In this document: positions 20,547 through 30,100 of the stretch, piece after piece
Position numbering within the stretch: position 1 is the stretch's first letter
Layout of the letters: each line of letters begins with the position of its first letter
NCBI GenBank assembly: GCA_019240125.1
Contig: JAFAYW010000339.1
Coordinates: 30,607 to 94,606, forward strand
DNA length: 64,000 bases
Direction: 5' to 3'
Source of the DNA: Alphaproteobacteria bacterium
Lineage (GTDB): Bacteria; Pseudomonadota; Alphaproteobacteria; ATCC43930; CGMCC-115725
Notes under the pieces: generated by a model
The model's database searches: none
The model's input: only the letters and a program-made list of their open reading frames with translations
Told to the model about the DNA's origin: nothing
Program-made: the position numbers and the translations under genes

Positions 20547-21599
20547 CTAGCGGAAATGTGGCACGATCTGCTCGGTGAACACTCTCATGTAGTGAATCTG
20601 GCGGTCGAGATCCCCTGATTCCGTGCTGAGCCAGAGCCGCGTGGCTCCCAACCCCGCGAGCGCGTCGATGCGGTCGATCCAGTCCGTGACGTTTCCTGCG
20701 AGCGCAAACCGGGCCAAGCCGTATTCGGTCAGTCCCAATTCGGCCATACGTTTCGGGTTGCGGCCAGCCTGGAGCACGTGATCGTACAACTCATAGCCTT
20801 CAACGTATTCCGCAATCTTGGCGCGGAACTGCCCCGGCACGTTCTTGCCGTCGAGGCCAAACCGCATGGAATGGTTGAGAATCGAGGAGACGGAGGCATG
20901 AATGCGCTCGATCGCCCTATCCCGGTCGGCGTCGAGCGACGATCGCGTCGTGAACCAGACCTCTGCTTCGGTGGGATCGCGACCCGCGTCCCGGGCGCCC
21001 GCCGCGACCCGCTCGATCGTGTCGGAGATTACCTCGGGGAGCAGGCCAGTGCCGGCGATCACGCCATCGAAGAGGCGGCCGCCGAGATGCAGGGTCTTGG
21101 GGCCTTCGGCACACAGCGTAATCGGGATGCGTTTGCGTACCGCCTCGCCATGCCAGCGGACGCGTTGTGGGCGACCATCATAGGTGCCCTCGCCGGTTGC
21201 GATCAGATTTCGCACGCAGGTGACATAATCCGCCATTCGGGCGCGGCTCGCCGGCGCCAGGCCGATGTTGTAGACCGCGCTATCGCCGCTGCCGATATCG
21301 AGGAAGGCGCGGCCCTCGGTCATCGCGTCGATCGAGGCCATGAACGCCGCCATGATCTGTGGTTCACGCGTTAGCGGATTGGTCGGGTGAATGCCGACCT
21401 TCGCGTTCCTCGCGGTTTGGGCGATCAATGCCGCGCGGACATATGCGTCACCGCCGATAAAGCTGGTGTCGTTGGTGCCGATCAGTTCCACCCCCGACCC
21501 GTCGATGATCCGGATCAACTCGGCGAACTTCTCAAGGTCGCGTCGGTGGGGAAACGCCGTCCCGCTCAATACCGAGACACCAAACCGGACTTTCATCAT
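20547..21599 (-). CDS. LLM-class (luciferase-like) flavin/F420-dependent oxidoreductase
   Basis: MKVRFGVSVLSG...LGTNDTSFIGGDAY...AMTEGRAFLDIGSGDS and a TIM-barrel LLM pattern throughout; 350 aa. Confidence 0.85.
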   Translation of the reverse strand: MMKVRFGVSVLSGTAFPHRRDLEKFAELIRIIDGSGVELIGTNDTSFIGGDAYVRAALIAQTARNAKVGIHPTNPLTREPQIMAAFMASIDAMTEGRAFLDIGSGDSAVYNIGLAPASRARMADYVTCVRNLIATGEGTYDGRPQRVRWHGEAVRKRIPITLCAEGPKTLHLGGRLFDGVIAGTGLLPEVISDTIERVAAGARDAGRDPTEAEVWFTTRSSLDADRDRAIERIHASVSSILNHSMRFGLDGKNVPGQFRAKIAEYVEGYELYDHVLQAGRNPKRMAELGLTEYGLARFALAGNVTDWIDRIDALAGLGATRLWLSTESGDLDRQIHYMRVFTEQIVPHFR

Positions 21600-21780
21600 C
21601 GCTCCTTCCCGATCGATAAGCGCATCGGCAGCCGGGGAATAACCCGCCGAAATTCACGGTAAGCTCACTGCGGGACGGCGACAACACCTGCCCTGAGTGG
21701 ACAACTCAGCGAAATTGTGCGGTACGGGAATACCCGCAGCGGGAGCTAGCTATCGGTAATTTCGTTGCGGTCGTGACGCG

Positions 21781-22311
21781 ATGGGACTGACAATGACATC
21801 TGCGGAACCGGACAAACCGGCAATGCCACGTTGGGAGGACAACCAGTTGGTTGATAGCGACAACGTCGCGCTGTGGTGCGCACTCAACCAGTTGATGGCC
21901 AGGTATTGGGCGGAGGTTGATGGAAACGGTGGCCTGAAGGCTCACGAATTCTACGCGCCCCAGGGTGTTTTGGTAATCGGCAACAATCGCTTTGAGGGCA
22001 ACGAGAAGATCGAGGCTTTCTACGCCCGGCGCCGGCACAGCGCTATCGCGACGCGGCACCTGCTCTCCAATCTGCGCGCCGTTACGGACGACGCGCCGAC
22101 GGCTCGCCTTCTCGGTCTGATGAGCCTCTATCGCGCCGATGACAAATCGCCCTTTCAGGGCGCGCGACCTCCCGCGATGATCGCCGATTTCGAGGCGATC
22201 TGCGTGCAAGGGGATGACCGGCGCTGGCGCTTCCAGTCACACGTGCTGCGACCGTTTATCATCGGCAACGATATGCCGGCCTCGATCACGATCAACCCGC
22301 GAAATCTCTAA
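21781..22311 (+). CDS. SnoaL-like / NTF2-fold protein
   Basis: ALWCALNQLMARYWAEVDGNG...EFYAPQGVLVIG.NRFEGNEKIEAFYARR...TRHLLSNLR is typical of SnoaL_4/NTF2-like proteins. Divergent from the LLM oxidoreductase. Confidence 0.7.
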   Translation: MGLTMTSAEPDKPAMPRWEDNQLVDSDNVALWCALNQLMARYWAEVDGNGGLKAHEFYAPQGVLVIGNNRFEGNEKIEAFYARRRHSAIATRHLLSNLRAVTDDAPTARLLGLMSLYRADDKSPFQGARPPAMIADFEAICVQGDDRRWRFQSHVLRPFIIGNDMPASITINPRNL

Positions 22312-22345
22312 CTGGACTTATTCGGCCGGGGCTGACAGCCCAGGC

Positions 22346-22549
22346 CTAGTAGCCCTCGCGCTCAAGGCGTTTGCGCATCGTCTTGCGATGACGCCGCACC
22401 GCCTCGGCCTGTTCGCGCACACGCCGCTCCGACGGTTTCTCATAGGAGCGGCGGCGTTTCATCTCGCGGAACGTGCCTTCGCGCTGCATCTTTTTCTTGA
22501 GCACGCGCAGCGCCGCGTTGACGTCGTTGTCGCGTACGAAGACCTGCAT
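22346..22549 (-). CDS. rpsU: 30S ribosomal protein bS21
   Basis: [56 protein letters not shown] is a textbook S21 sequence. Confidence 0.95.
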   Translation of the reverse strand: MQVFVRDNDVNAALRVLKKKMQREGTFREMKRRRSYEKPSERRVREQAEAVRRHRKTMRKRLEREGY

Positions 22550-22583
22550 AGTATTGGGCGTCCTTGGCGTTCAGTTAACGATG

Positions 22584-22814
22584 TCAGCGGCGACCGGCGC
22601 GGCTGACGGATTTGATTGGACCGCGGGGTTTCCCCGACATCTCGGCGATCTTGCGATCCTGCTCTTCGATAAAGGGCTGGGCGCGCGCGTCACCCTCGAG
22701 CCCGTCAAGTTCCGCGCACGGCACCTTGCGGTTGGACGTCTGTGTACCGTCCTCGTACATGACGTTAAAGAAGACGAATTCCTCAACGCGGCGCGTACCG
22801 GGGCGTTTGGCCAT
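22584..22814 (-). CDS. Small conserved hypothetical protein (76 aa)
   Basis: Internal ATG (22814-22812) gives MAKRPGTRRVEEFVFFNVMYEDGTQTSNRKVPCAELDGLEGDARAQPFIEEQDRKIAEMSGKPRGPIKSVSRAGRR. Composition is protein-like, and the gene sits between the helicase and rpsU on the same strand. Confidence 0.5.
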   Translation of the reverse strand: MAKRPGTRRVEEFVFFNVMYEDGTQTSNRKVPCAELDGLEGDARAQPFIEEQDRKIAEMSGKPRGPIKSVSRAGRR

Positions 22815-22839
22815 TTCTCGATCCTGGTTATTGTCTATC

Positions 22840-24294
22840 TCATCGCGCGCCGTTGAAGCGGGCAGCCGGAGCGTCGCGGCGACCGGTGCCGCGATGACCC
22901 GGATTGTTTCCATTTGCCGGCTGGCGACGGAGGAATGCCGGTAACGATTCACCCGGCGTCGACTCGTTCCGCCGACGCTCGGTGCCGGCCGCCGCTTGTC
23001 GGGCGGACGTTTGTCTGGCCGACGCTTGCCTTGCGGCCGCTTGTCTCGCTGGTGCCTGCTTTGGGCGCCGCGGCGTCTCGGGTCGGCGGCTCGTCGAAGG
23101 CTGCGGTGCAGTCCCTTGCGCCGGTGCGGATTCCGCTGATTGCGCTGCGGGGGCAGACCGCGCCAGCATTGTGGGGGCGGGGATGGGCCGTAACGGGGAG
23201 CGCGTCAGCTTCTGGATGTCGCGCAGAAACGAGCGCTCTTCATCGCTGCAAAACGCTATCGCGATGCCGTCCGCGCCGGCGCGTGCCGTGCGGCCGATGC
23301 GATGCACATAGTCCTCCGGCACGTTGGGAAGCTCGAAATTGATGACATGCGACACACCATCGACGTCGATGCCGCGCGCTGCGATGTCCGTTGCAACCAG
23401 CACCCGGGCCTGCCCGTCGCGAAATCCAGCGAGCGCCCGTTCACGTTGCGGCTGGGACTTGTTGCCGTGGATGGCGGCCGATCCGATACCCGCCGCGTCG
23501 AGATGGCGTACGACGCGGTCGGCGCCGTGTTTAGTGCGGGTAAACACCAACACCCGCTCAAATGCGGGATCCTGCAATATCGTTGCCAGCAGATCGCGCT
23601 TGCGCTCGCTGGGCACAAAAATGACCCCCTGATCGATGCGCTCGGCGGTGGTCGCCGCCGGGGCAACTACTACCTTGACCGGATCGTCCAGATAATCTTC
23701 GGCCAGAAGCGCAATCGCGCGCGGCATGGTCGCCGAGAACAGCAGGGTTTGGCGCGGGCGCGGCAACAGCTTCACGATGCGGCGCAGTGCGTGGACAAAG
23801 CCGAGATCAAGCATGCGATCGGCCTCGTCGAGCACCAGAACCTGCACGCTGGACAGCGTAAGCGACTTAGTGTCGATCAAGTCGAGTAGACGCCCCGGCG
23901 TGGCGACGAGCACATCGATGCCCCGAGCCAGTTGTTGGCGTTGCCGTCCAATCGGCACGCCGCCGAACACGACCGCCGTCGTCAGCGGCAGACCGGCTCC
24001 GTAGGCCCGGAAATTATCGGCGATCTGGCTGGCCAGTTCGCGGGTCGGACTGAGTACCAAGACGCGACACGTCTGCGGCGCCGGGCGGCGCGGCGCGGCA
24101 ACCAGGCGCTCGAGGATCGGGAGCGCGAAAGCGGCTGTCTTGCCAGTGCCGGTTTGCGCGATGCCGCATAGATCGCGGCCACTTAGAATGGGCGGAATGG
24201 CCTGGCATTGGATCGGGGTGGGCTTTGAGTAGCCCGCCGTGCTGAGAGCAGCAAGAATGGGTTGAGAAAGTCCCAGGTCGGAAAAATCAGGCAA
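22840..24294 (-). CDS. rhlE: DEAD-box ATP-dependent RNA helicase (RhlE-like) with basic low-complexity C-terminal tail
   Basis: Q-motif GYSKPTPIQ, motif I AQTGTGKT, Ia PTRELA, II DEAD, III SAT, VI HRIGRTARAG. The C-terminal tail carries ARQ(A/T)(A/S) repeats. Confidence 0.95.
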   Translation of the reverse strand: MPDFSDLGLSQPILAALSTAGYSKPTPIQCQAIPPILSGRDLCGIAQTGTGKTAAFALPILERLVAAPRRPAPQTCRVLVLSPTRELASQIADNFRAYGAGLPLTTAVVFGGVPIGRQRQQLARGIDVLVATPGRLLDLIDTKSLTLSSVQVLVLDEADRMLDLGFVHALRRIVKLLPRPRQTLLFSATMPRAIALLAEDYLDDPVKVVVAPAATTAERIDQGVIFVPSERKRDLLATILQDPAFERVLVFTRTKHGADRVVRHLDAAGIGSAAIHGNKSQPQRERALAGFRDGQARVLVATDIAARGIDVDGVSHVINFELPNVPEDYVHRIGRTARAGADGIAIAFCSDEERSFLRDIQKLTRSPLRPIPAPTMLARSAPAAQSAESAPAQGTAPQPSTSRRPETPRRPKQAPARQAAARQASARQTSARQAAAGTERRRNESTPGESLPAFLRRQPANGNNPGHRGTGRRDAPAARFNGAR

Positions 24295-24443
24295 AACGAT
24301 TACAGCCTTTCAGGTGGAATATCGGCGCGCTCACCTGAACGCGCCGCTCGGGTCGGGAGACCACTCGCGCCTATGCTTCCGGGAAACCAACTATTTTCGG
24401 ACAGACAGCGTGTGTTCGCTCGGAGTGTTAGTTTACGCCCCAA

Positions 24444-24605
24444 TCATTCGACATTATCGCTAACCGCCGACGCATCGGATTGACCGACGTCCTCTGACTT
24501 CTGGTCAAGTGTCCGCTCTTGCTGGCGTTTGGCCTTTTCTACTTTTCTTGCCTGTTTCAAGCGATCGCGCTCGGCGCGCTCGAAGCGGTAATTGGGTTTG
24601 CGCAT
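24444..24605 (-). CDS. Small basic hypothetical protein (53 aa; below the ORF-track length cut-off)
   Basis: Hand translation from ATG (24605-24603) gives MRKPNYRFERAERDRLKQARKVEKAKRQQERTLDQKSEDVGQSDASAVSDNVE, ending at TGA (24446-24444). It starts 14 nt after the stop of the upstream small ORF. Confidence 0.35.
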   Translation of the reverse strand: MRKPNYRFERAERDRLKQARKVEKAKRQQERTLDQKSEDVGQSDASAVSDNVE

Positions 24606-24618
24606 TTAGATCGGCTTC

Positions 24619-24846
24619 CTACTTGGTAGTCGCCGCAGGCCCAGACCTTCGGAAGGCCGTCCTTGGCTGGGATTGAGCCTGCACCCGGCTTTTGTGGGAG
24701 GCGATCCAGGCTTCCGCCGCCGCTTCGCTGCCGAAACCGCTGACGGTGGTGGGATACGTGCCTTCGATCGATACCTTGACGCTGAACTCATCAGCGGCAA
24801 CCGGTATCACCTCGTACAACGCTTCGGCGTAGGGATGAGTTTTCAC
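24619..24846 (-). CDS. Small hypothetical protein (75 aa)
   Basis: ORF track 24619..24846 with a GTG start. KTHPYAEALYEVIPVAADEFSVKVSIEGTYPTTVSGFGSEAAAEAWIASHK looks like a real folded domain. Confidence 0.45.
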   Translation of the reverse strand: MKTHPYAEALYEVIPVAADEFSVKVSIEGTYPTTVSGFGSEAAAEAWIASHKSRVQAQSQPRTAFRRSGPAATTK

Positions 24847-25084
24847 GATCGCCCTAGTTCAACCATGTCATGTTACCGCCTCGCGGCTTCCTTCTTCAGG
24901 TGAACCGAGCGGCGCCCGATTCGAGCGTCGGATCAACCACCGGAACTGGATTGGGGGTAGCTCGGCGCTCTGTCGAGCCACGGACAGGCCGAACCCAAAG
25001 GGCGACGCGCTATAAATGGGCGCTTTTTCGGCTCATTGCAAGATGCCGCGCACCTGTTCGCCAGCGCGAGCGTTGACGGGCTAT

Positions 25085-26968
25085 CTATGATGGCGCCGCG
25101 GCCCGCTCAAGCAAGAACATGCGCATCGACCCATAGCCTTTCGCCGCCTCGGTCATCCCGACATATTCGCAGGTGAATGCGTGCGAATTGTGCAGCGCGA
25201 GGACGGCGGCCATTGTCTCGGTAACGTAAACGCATCCCTCGGGTGTGACCGGCTCGATGCGCGCGGCGCGGCTGACATGCGCCCCAAAGAAGTTTTCGCG
25301 CCCGAGTATCGGATCGCGGGCCGAGTAGGCAGGACCGAGATGCAGGCCGACCCGCAGCCCAAGATCGTCGGGCAGCCCATTCGCGATGCGGTCGATCGAG
25401 GCCAGCGCTTCCTGCAGATCGAGCGCGCAACTGGCCGCCTTCCCTGCGTCGTCGAACACGACGAAGAGACCATCGCCCCAGGTATTGGCAAGCAGGATAT
25501 CGGCGCGGTGACGCCCAATGACCTCGGCGAGGCTGCCGAGGATCAGCCGGATAAAACTCCGCAGCTGCGCGTCAGTAAGCCTGCTGAACCCATGCACGTC
25601 TCCGAAGAGCATCGCGCGAGGGCGTCGTTCAAGACGCTCGCTCTCCGGAACGGGGGCGGATGGCGGTGTGGACCCGCTGGGGACAGAAATCGTGTGCTGC
25701 GCCATGCCGGTCCGCGACCAGAGCTCTCGGTCAGCGGCAGTGCCGGCTGGACCGCTCGCGGGCCGGCCATCCCACACCGCGATCTGCTCGGCTTCGGTAG
25801 ACAGGTGCCTGGCCTGCAGCAGAGCCAACCCCATAGCGAGCTGGCTGCAATAACTGAATAGATGGTCGTCGCCTAGATACTCGCCGTCGGTGGCATAGCG
25901 CACCGTGCCGCTTTTCTCGGCAGCGGCAAGACAGATGGCAAACCGCTCCTCCCACCGGCCGCCTGCTAGCCGCACCGACGCCTCGACGAAGTCGGCGCGG
26001 TCGAAGGGGAGGACAAGATGAACGCTGGCTCCACGGGCCAGCAACGCCTCGGCGAACAGGATGTCAGCGCCCGCCGCCAGCGAGCCGTAGCCAACCGCGA
26101 CATCGCGCTGTTCCAACAGCGCTGTGATCCGGTGGGCGACCTGCGCCTCCTGCACGGCGGGAAAGCGGCCTGGCTGATCCGGCGCGGCAATGATGTGGCC
26201 GACATAATGGATGATCCGGGGTGGCCGCAATTCGTCCAACCATACCTCGGCGAGCCCTTTAGCGTCGACCAGCAGCCGCAACTGGCGAACCGTGCTCGAC
26301 TGCCCCCGATAATCGGCGTGATCCGGGTTGCGAATCACGGCGCGCACCACCGCCGCACTGGCACGCGCCCCGACCAGATCGCCCAGCACGAGCTTTGCCT
26401 CCAACTCGGTGGCGGCCTCAAAGTAACTTTTTGGTTCGGCTGCGCAGCGCGTCAACTCATCCAAGACCTCGCGCGCAACGGCATCGGCGGCGCTCTGTCG
26501 GCGCGCGAGCACATGGAGTGTCGCGGCATTGACGCCGGGATAGTACGCCTCGGCATTGCCGGCCGCCCGCGCCGCCTGAAAGACCCGCCCATAGGCTTCG
26601 GCGGCGGCGAGAATGGCAGCGTCGCGCTGGGCGCCAAGGGGCATCGCGAGGGCGGCATCCTTCATAAGGCGCGGCTGCAAGGTCGCGACGGCGAGTCCAA
26701 GACTTGCCGACAGCGGCACTGAAGGTACACCGTCGAGATCGAGCTTCTTCAAAAGCTCGGCAGCCCGTCGCCAAGCTCCGGTTGAGGCCAGACACAACAC
26801 GGCACGGTGCCGCAGCGCGAGATTGTCGGGAAAATGTTCCAACCCCCGCCGCGCAAGGTCGAACGCGCGGAATAGCTCTCCCCGTCTCTCGTGCCGGCGA
26901 ACCTCGGCAAACCATTCTTCGGCCGTCTTCCGGTCCGCGGGAGCAGCGGGTTCGTACTCGTCAATCAT
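25085..26968 (-). CDS. TPR-like (DUF4071-like) - SLOG-like Rossmannoid - class III adenylate/guanylate cyclase protein (627 aa)
   Basis: aa 1-245 are helical repeats containing AEAYYPGVNAATLHVL. aa ~250-415 read IIHYVGH...VAVGYGSLAAGADILFAEALLARGASVHLVLPF (SLOG/DprA/YpsA-like GxxxxGxDxxAxxxAL plus strand). aa 452-627 form the cyclase: metal Asp motifs MLFGDVHGFS and WGDGLFVVF, LRVGLHLGP and GAHVSRAARIE. Confidence 0.9.
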   Translation of the reverse strand: MIDEYEPAAPADRKTAEEWFAEVRRHERRGELFRAFDLARRGLEHFPDNLALRHRAVLCLASTGAWRRAAELLKKLDLDGVPSVPLSASLGLAVATLQPRLMKDAALAMPLGAQRDAAILAAAEAYGRVFQAARAAGNAEAYYPGVNAATLHVLARRQSAADAVAREVLDELTRCAAEPKSYFEAATELEAKLVLGDLVGARASAAVVRAVIRNPDHADYRGQSSTVRQLRLLVDAKGLAEVWLDELRPPRIIHYVGHIIAAPDQPGRFPAVQEAQVAHRITALLEQRDVAVGYGSLAAGADILFAEALLARGASVHLVLPFDRADFVEASVRLAGGRWEERFAICLAAAEKSGTVRYATDGEYLGDDHLFSYCSQLAMGLALLQARHLSTEAEQIAVWDGRPASGPAGTAADRELWSRTGMAQHTISVPSGSTPPSAPVPESERLERRPRAMLFGDVHGFSRLTDAQLRSFIRLILGSLAEVIGRHRADILLANTWGDGLFVVFDDAGKAASCALDLQEALASIDRIANGLPDDLGLRVGLHLGPAYSARDPILGRENFFGAHVSRAARIEPVTPEGCVYVTETMAAVLALHNSHAFTCEYVGMTEAAKGYGSMRMFLLERAAAPS

Positions 26969-27125
26969 GCCCTTCTCTCGGCCGTGCCTGATGCCCCGCC
27001 AGCCATCGGAGCCGGTCTTCGAAAGACGGCGCCTCCCCCAAAGCCTACATCACGGGGCCGGCGCTCGCAGCCTTGTTTACAGCGGGCGATTGCCGTCAGG
27101 GCCCGCTCTCCGATAAACCGGGGGC

Positions 27126-30100
27126 ATGGCGCGCACGGTCCGAATCTTTGTGTCGTCCCCCGCGGATGTCGGGCATGAGAGGCGCCGCGTCGATCGCGTG
27201 GTGGCGCGCCTCAACGGCGAATTCGCCGGCGTCGTCCGGCTTGAGACGATCCGCTGGGAGACCGAGTTCTACAGGGCCCACGCGACATTCCAGGAACAGA
27301 TCCCGGCCGCCGCCAATTGCGACATCGTGGTGGCGATCTTTCGCGCCCGCCTCGGCACCGAGCTGCCGCCCGAGTTCGAGCGATTGCCGGATGGCACCCC
27401 CTATCCGAGCGGCACCGCCTATGAGGTCTTGACCGCGATAGCGGCGCGGCAAAGCGGCGTGCTGCCCGACGTGTATGTCTTCCGCTACCCGGAACCGCCG
27501 ACCGTTCGCCTTGACGACCCCGAGGCGGTACAGATCGAGACGCAGTGGCAGCGGCTGAAGGCGTTTTTCGACAAATGGTTTGTCGCGGCCGAGGGACCCT
27601 TCAAGGCGGCCTTCCACGCCTATCGCTCGGTTGACGACCTCGAGGATCAGCTCGACCGGCTGTTGCGCGGCTGGCTCGAAGACAATGTGCTGCATGGCCG
27701 TGCGGTGGCCTGGCCAATCGCGCTGAAGGGCTCGCCGTTCCGAGGCCTGGCGGCGTTCGGCGCCAAGCACGCGCCGGTGTTTTTCGGCCGCTCGCGCGAC
27801 ATCGCACGCGCCATCGATCGCTGGAGGGAGGCCGCCGAACGCCGCGCCGCCTTTCTGCTGGTGGTCGGCGCCAGCGGCTCCGGCAAATCATCCCTGGCGC
27901 GCGCCGGCTTGCTGCCGCGGCTGACCGCGCCGGGCGTCGCCCCAGAGGTCGATCTCTGGCGCGCCGCCGTGTTGCGGCCGTCCGAGGCTGCGGATGGGCC
28001 GGTGATGAGCCTTGCCATGCGTCTGCTTGATGGCGAGCCCGACATCCCCGAGACCGAATCAGGCCGGCCGCCTGCGATTCCGGAACTGGCCGTGAGCGAT
28101 TACCGCACCCCGTTAGAGCTGGCGGCGTTGCTCGCCCACGCCGATGCCGCGGCACTGGCGCCGCTGTTGCGCGCGCTTGACCGTGTAGGCGAGGAAGCTC
28201 GCGCGCAGCAAGGTTATGAGCGGCCGGTGCGGGCCGATCTGGTGATCCTGGTCGACCAGCTGGATGAGCTCTTCGCCGCCGAAATTGCACCCGACGAACG
28301 CGCCCGCTTCGCCAAATTGCTGCGGCTGATGGCAGAGAGCGGCCGCGTCTGGGTCGTAGCAACGCTGCGCGCCGATCTCTACGAACGCTTTCTCGCCGAA
28401 GCGGATCTGCTGGCACTGAAAGGCGCCGGTGCCTCGTACGACCTGGCGGCGCCCGGTCCGGCGGAGCTGGCCGAGATCGTGCGCAAGCCGGCCGAGGCGG
28501 CCGAGCTGCAATTCGAACGCGATACCGCTTCCGGAGAGGCGCTTGACGAGCGGCTGCTGCGCGACGCGGACCGCCCCGACATGCTGCCGCTGTTGCAATT
28601 GGCGCTGAACCGGCTGTTTGAGGAACGCATCTCCGCCGGCAGCGACACCCGGCTCAGCCTCGCCGCGTATCAGGCGTTGGGCGGCCTCGCCGGCATCATC
28701 GACCGCGAGGCGGAGGGCGCGGTTGCCGATCTCGGCGAGGCGGAGCAGACGCGGTTGCCACGCCTGTTGCGGCGCCTGGCCACCGTGACACCCGGAAATG
28801 CGGGCGCCGCCAGCCTGACCATCCGCACCGTGCCCCTGGCCGAGGCCGCGCCCGACGAGCCATCGCGCCGACTTGTCGAAAGGCTGGTCGAAGCCCGCAT
28901 CCTGCTGACCTCGGGCGAGGGCGCCGAGGCCGGGGTGCATCTGGCGCATCAGCGGGTGCTGAGCGATTGGCAGCGTGCGCGCGAATTGGTCGCGACTAAC
29001 CAGGATTTCTACCGCATCCGCGAGGAGGTCGAGGCACAGCGCCGGCGCTGGCACGGCGTCGGTGGTCGCAGCGACCTGCTGCTGCCGCGCGGCCTTCCCT
29101 TGGCCGAGGCGGAGTCAGTGGCTGCGCGGTTCGGTGACGAACTCGCGCCGGAGACCCGTGCCTTTATCGCCGCGTCGAGCCGCCGCGCGCATCTGCGGCA
29201 GCGGCTGACCGCCGCGGCCGCGGGGATCTTCGCGCTACTCGCGATCAGCGCGACCGGCGCCGGCATCGTTGCCTTCAGCGAACGCCACCGCGCGCTGGAA
29301 CAGCAGGCGCTCGCCGAGACCGAAAAGAACCGTGCCCAGCGCAACCTCGCCGCCGCCAAGCAGGCGGTGCATGGGCTGGTGTTCGACATTGCGCAGGGCA
29401 TGCGCAGCCAAGCCGGTGTCGGCGCGGCGACGATCCAGAAGGTGCTGGACCGCGTTCAGGCGACAGTCGACCGCCTATCGCAGGAAGCCCCGGACGATGT
29501 CGAATTATCGGTCGATCGCGCCACGATGTTCGACGAATTCGCCCGCACCTTTCTCGCGGCCGGCGATCTTGCTGCCGCCGCCAAGTCGGCGGACGCGGCC
29601 TTGACGATCATGCGCGCCTTGGCCGCCGCGCACCCCGACGACCGCCACCGGCAGGACGATCTGGCGGTGATCCTCGATCGCACCGCCGAGATCAAATGGC
29701 GCAGCGGCGACATTCCCGCCGCGCTCACGCAGTATGAGGAATCCGCCGGGATCGTGCGCCAGCTGGTCGCCGCCGCGCCGGATGATCCGCGCTATCAGCG
29801 CGACCTTGCGCTCAGCCTCTCCAATATCGCCGACATGAAGCTGAAATCAGGCGACAGTGCCACCGCGCTCGCCTCGTATCAGCAGGCGCTCGCGATCCAC
29901 CGCCGTCTCGCGACCACGGATCCGACGGCGACCGAGCCGCAACGCGACGTTGCGGTGCTGCTGAACCGCACCGCCGACGTTCAGCTTCAGCTGGGGGACA
30001 CGAAATCGGCGCTGGCCGCCTACCGCGAAGCCCTGGCGATCGACCGCAAACTCGCCGCGGAAGATGCCGGAAATGTCGAATGGCAGCATGACGTTGCCGT

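Noticed and set aside
24953-25000. tRNA-like start (gggggtagctcgg...gagcc)
   Set aside because: The would-be D-loop is too long, and no anticodon or T-arm (GTTCRANNC) can be built. It is not a tRNA.
27015-27027. Small palindrome GTCTT-cga-AAGAC in the intergenic region of the divergent STAND/cyclase pair
   Set aside because: It has only 5-bp arms, which are expected by chance in a 157-bp GC-rich spacer. There is not enough support to call it an operator.
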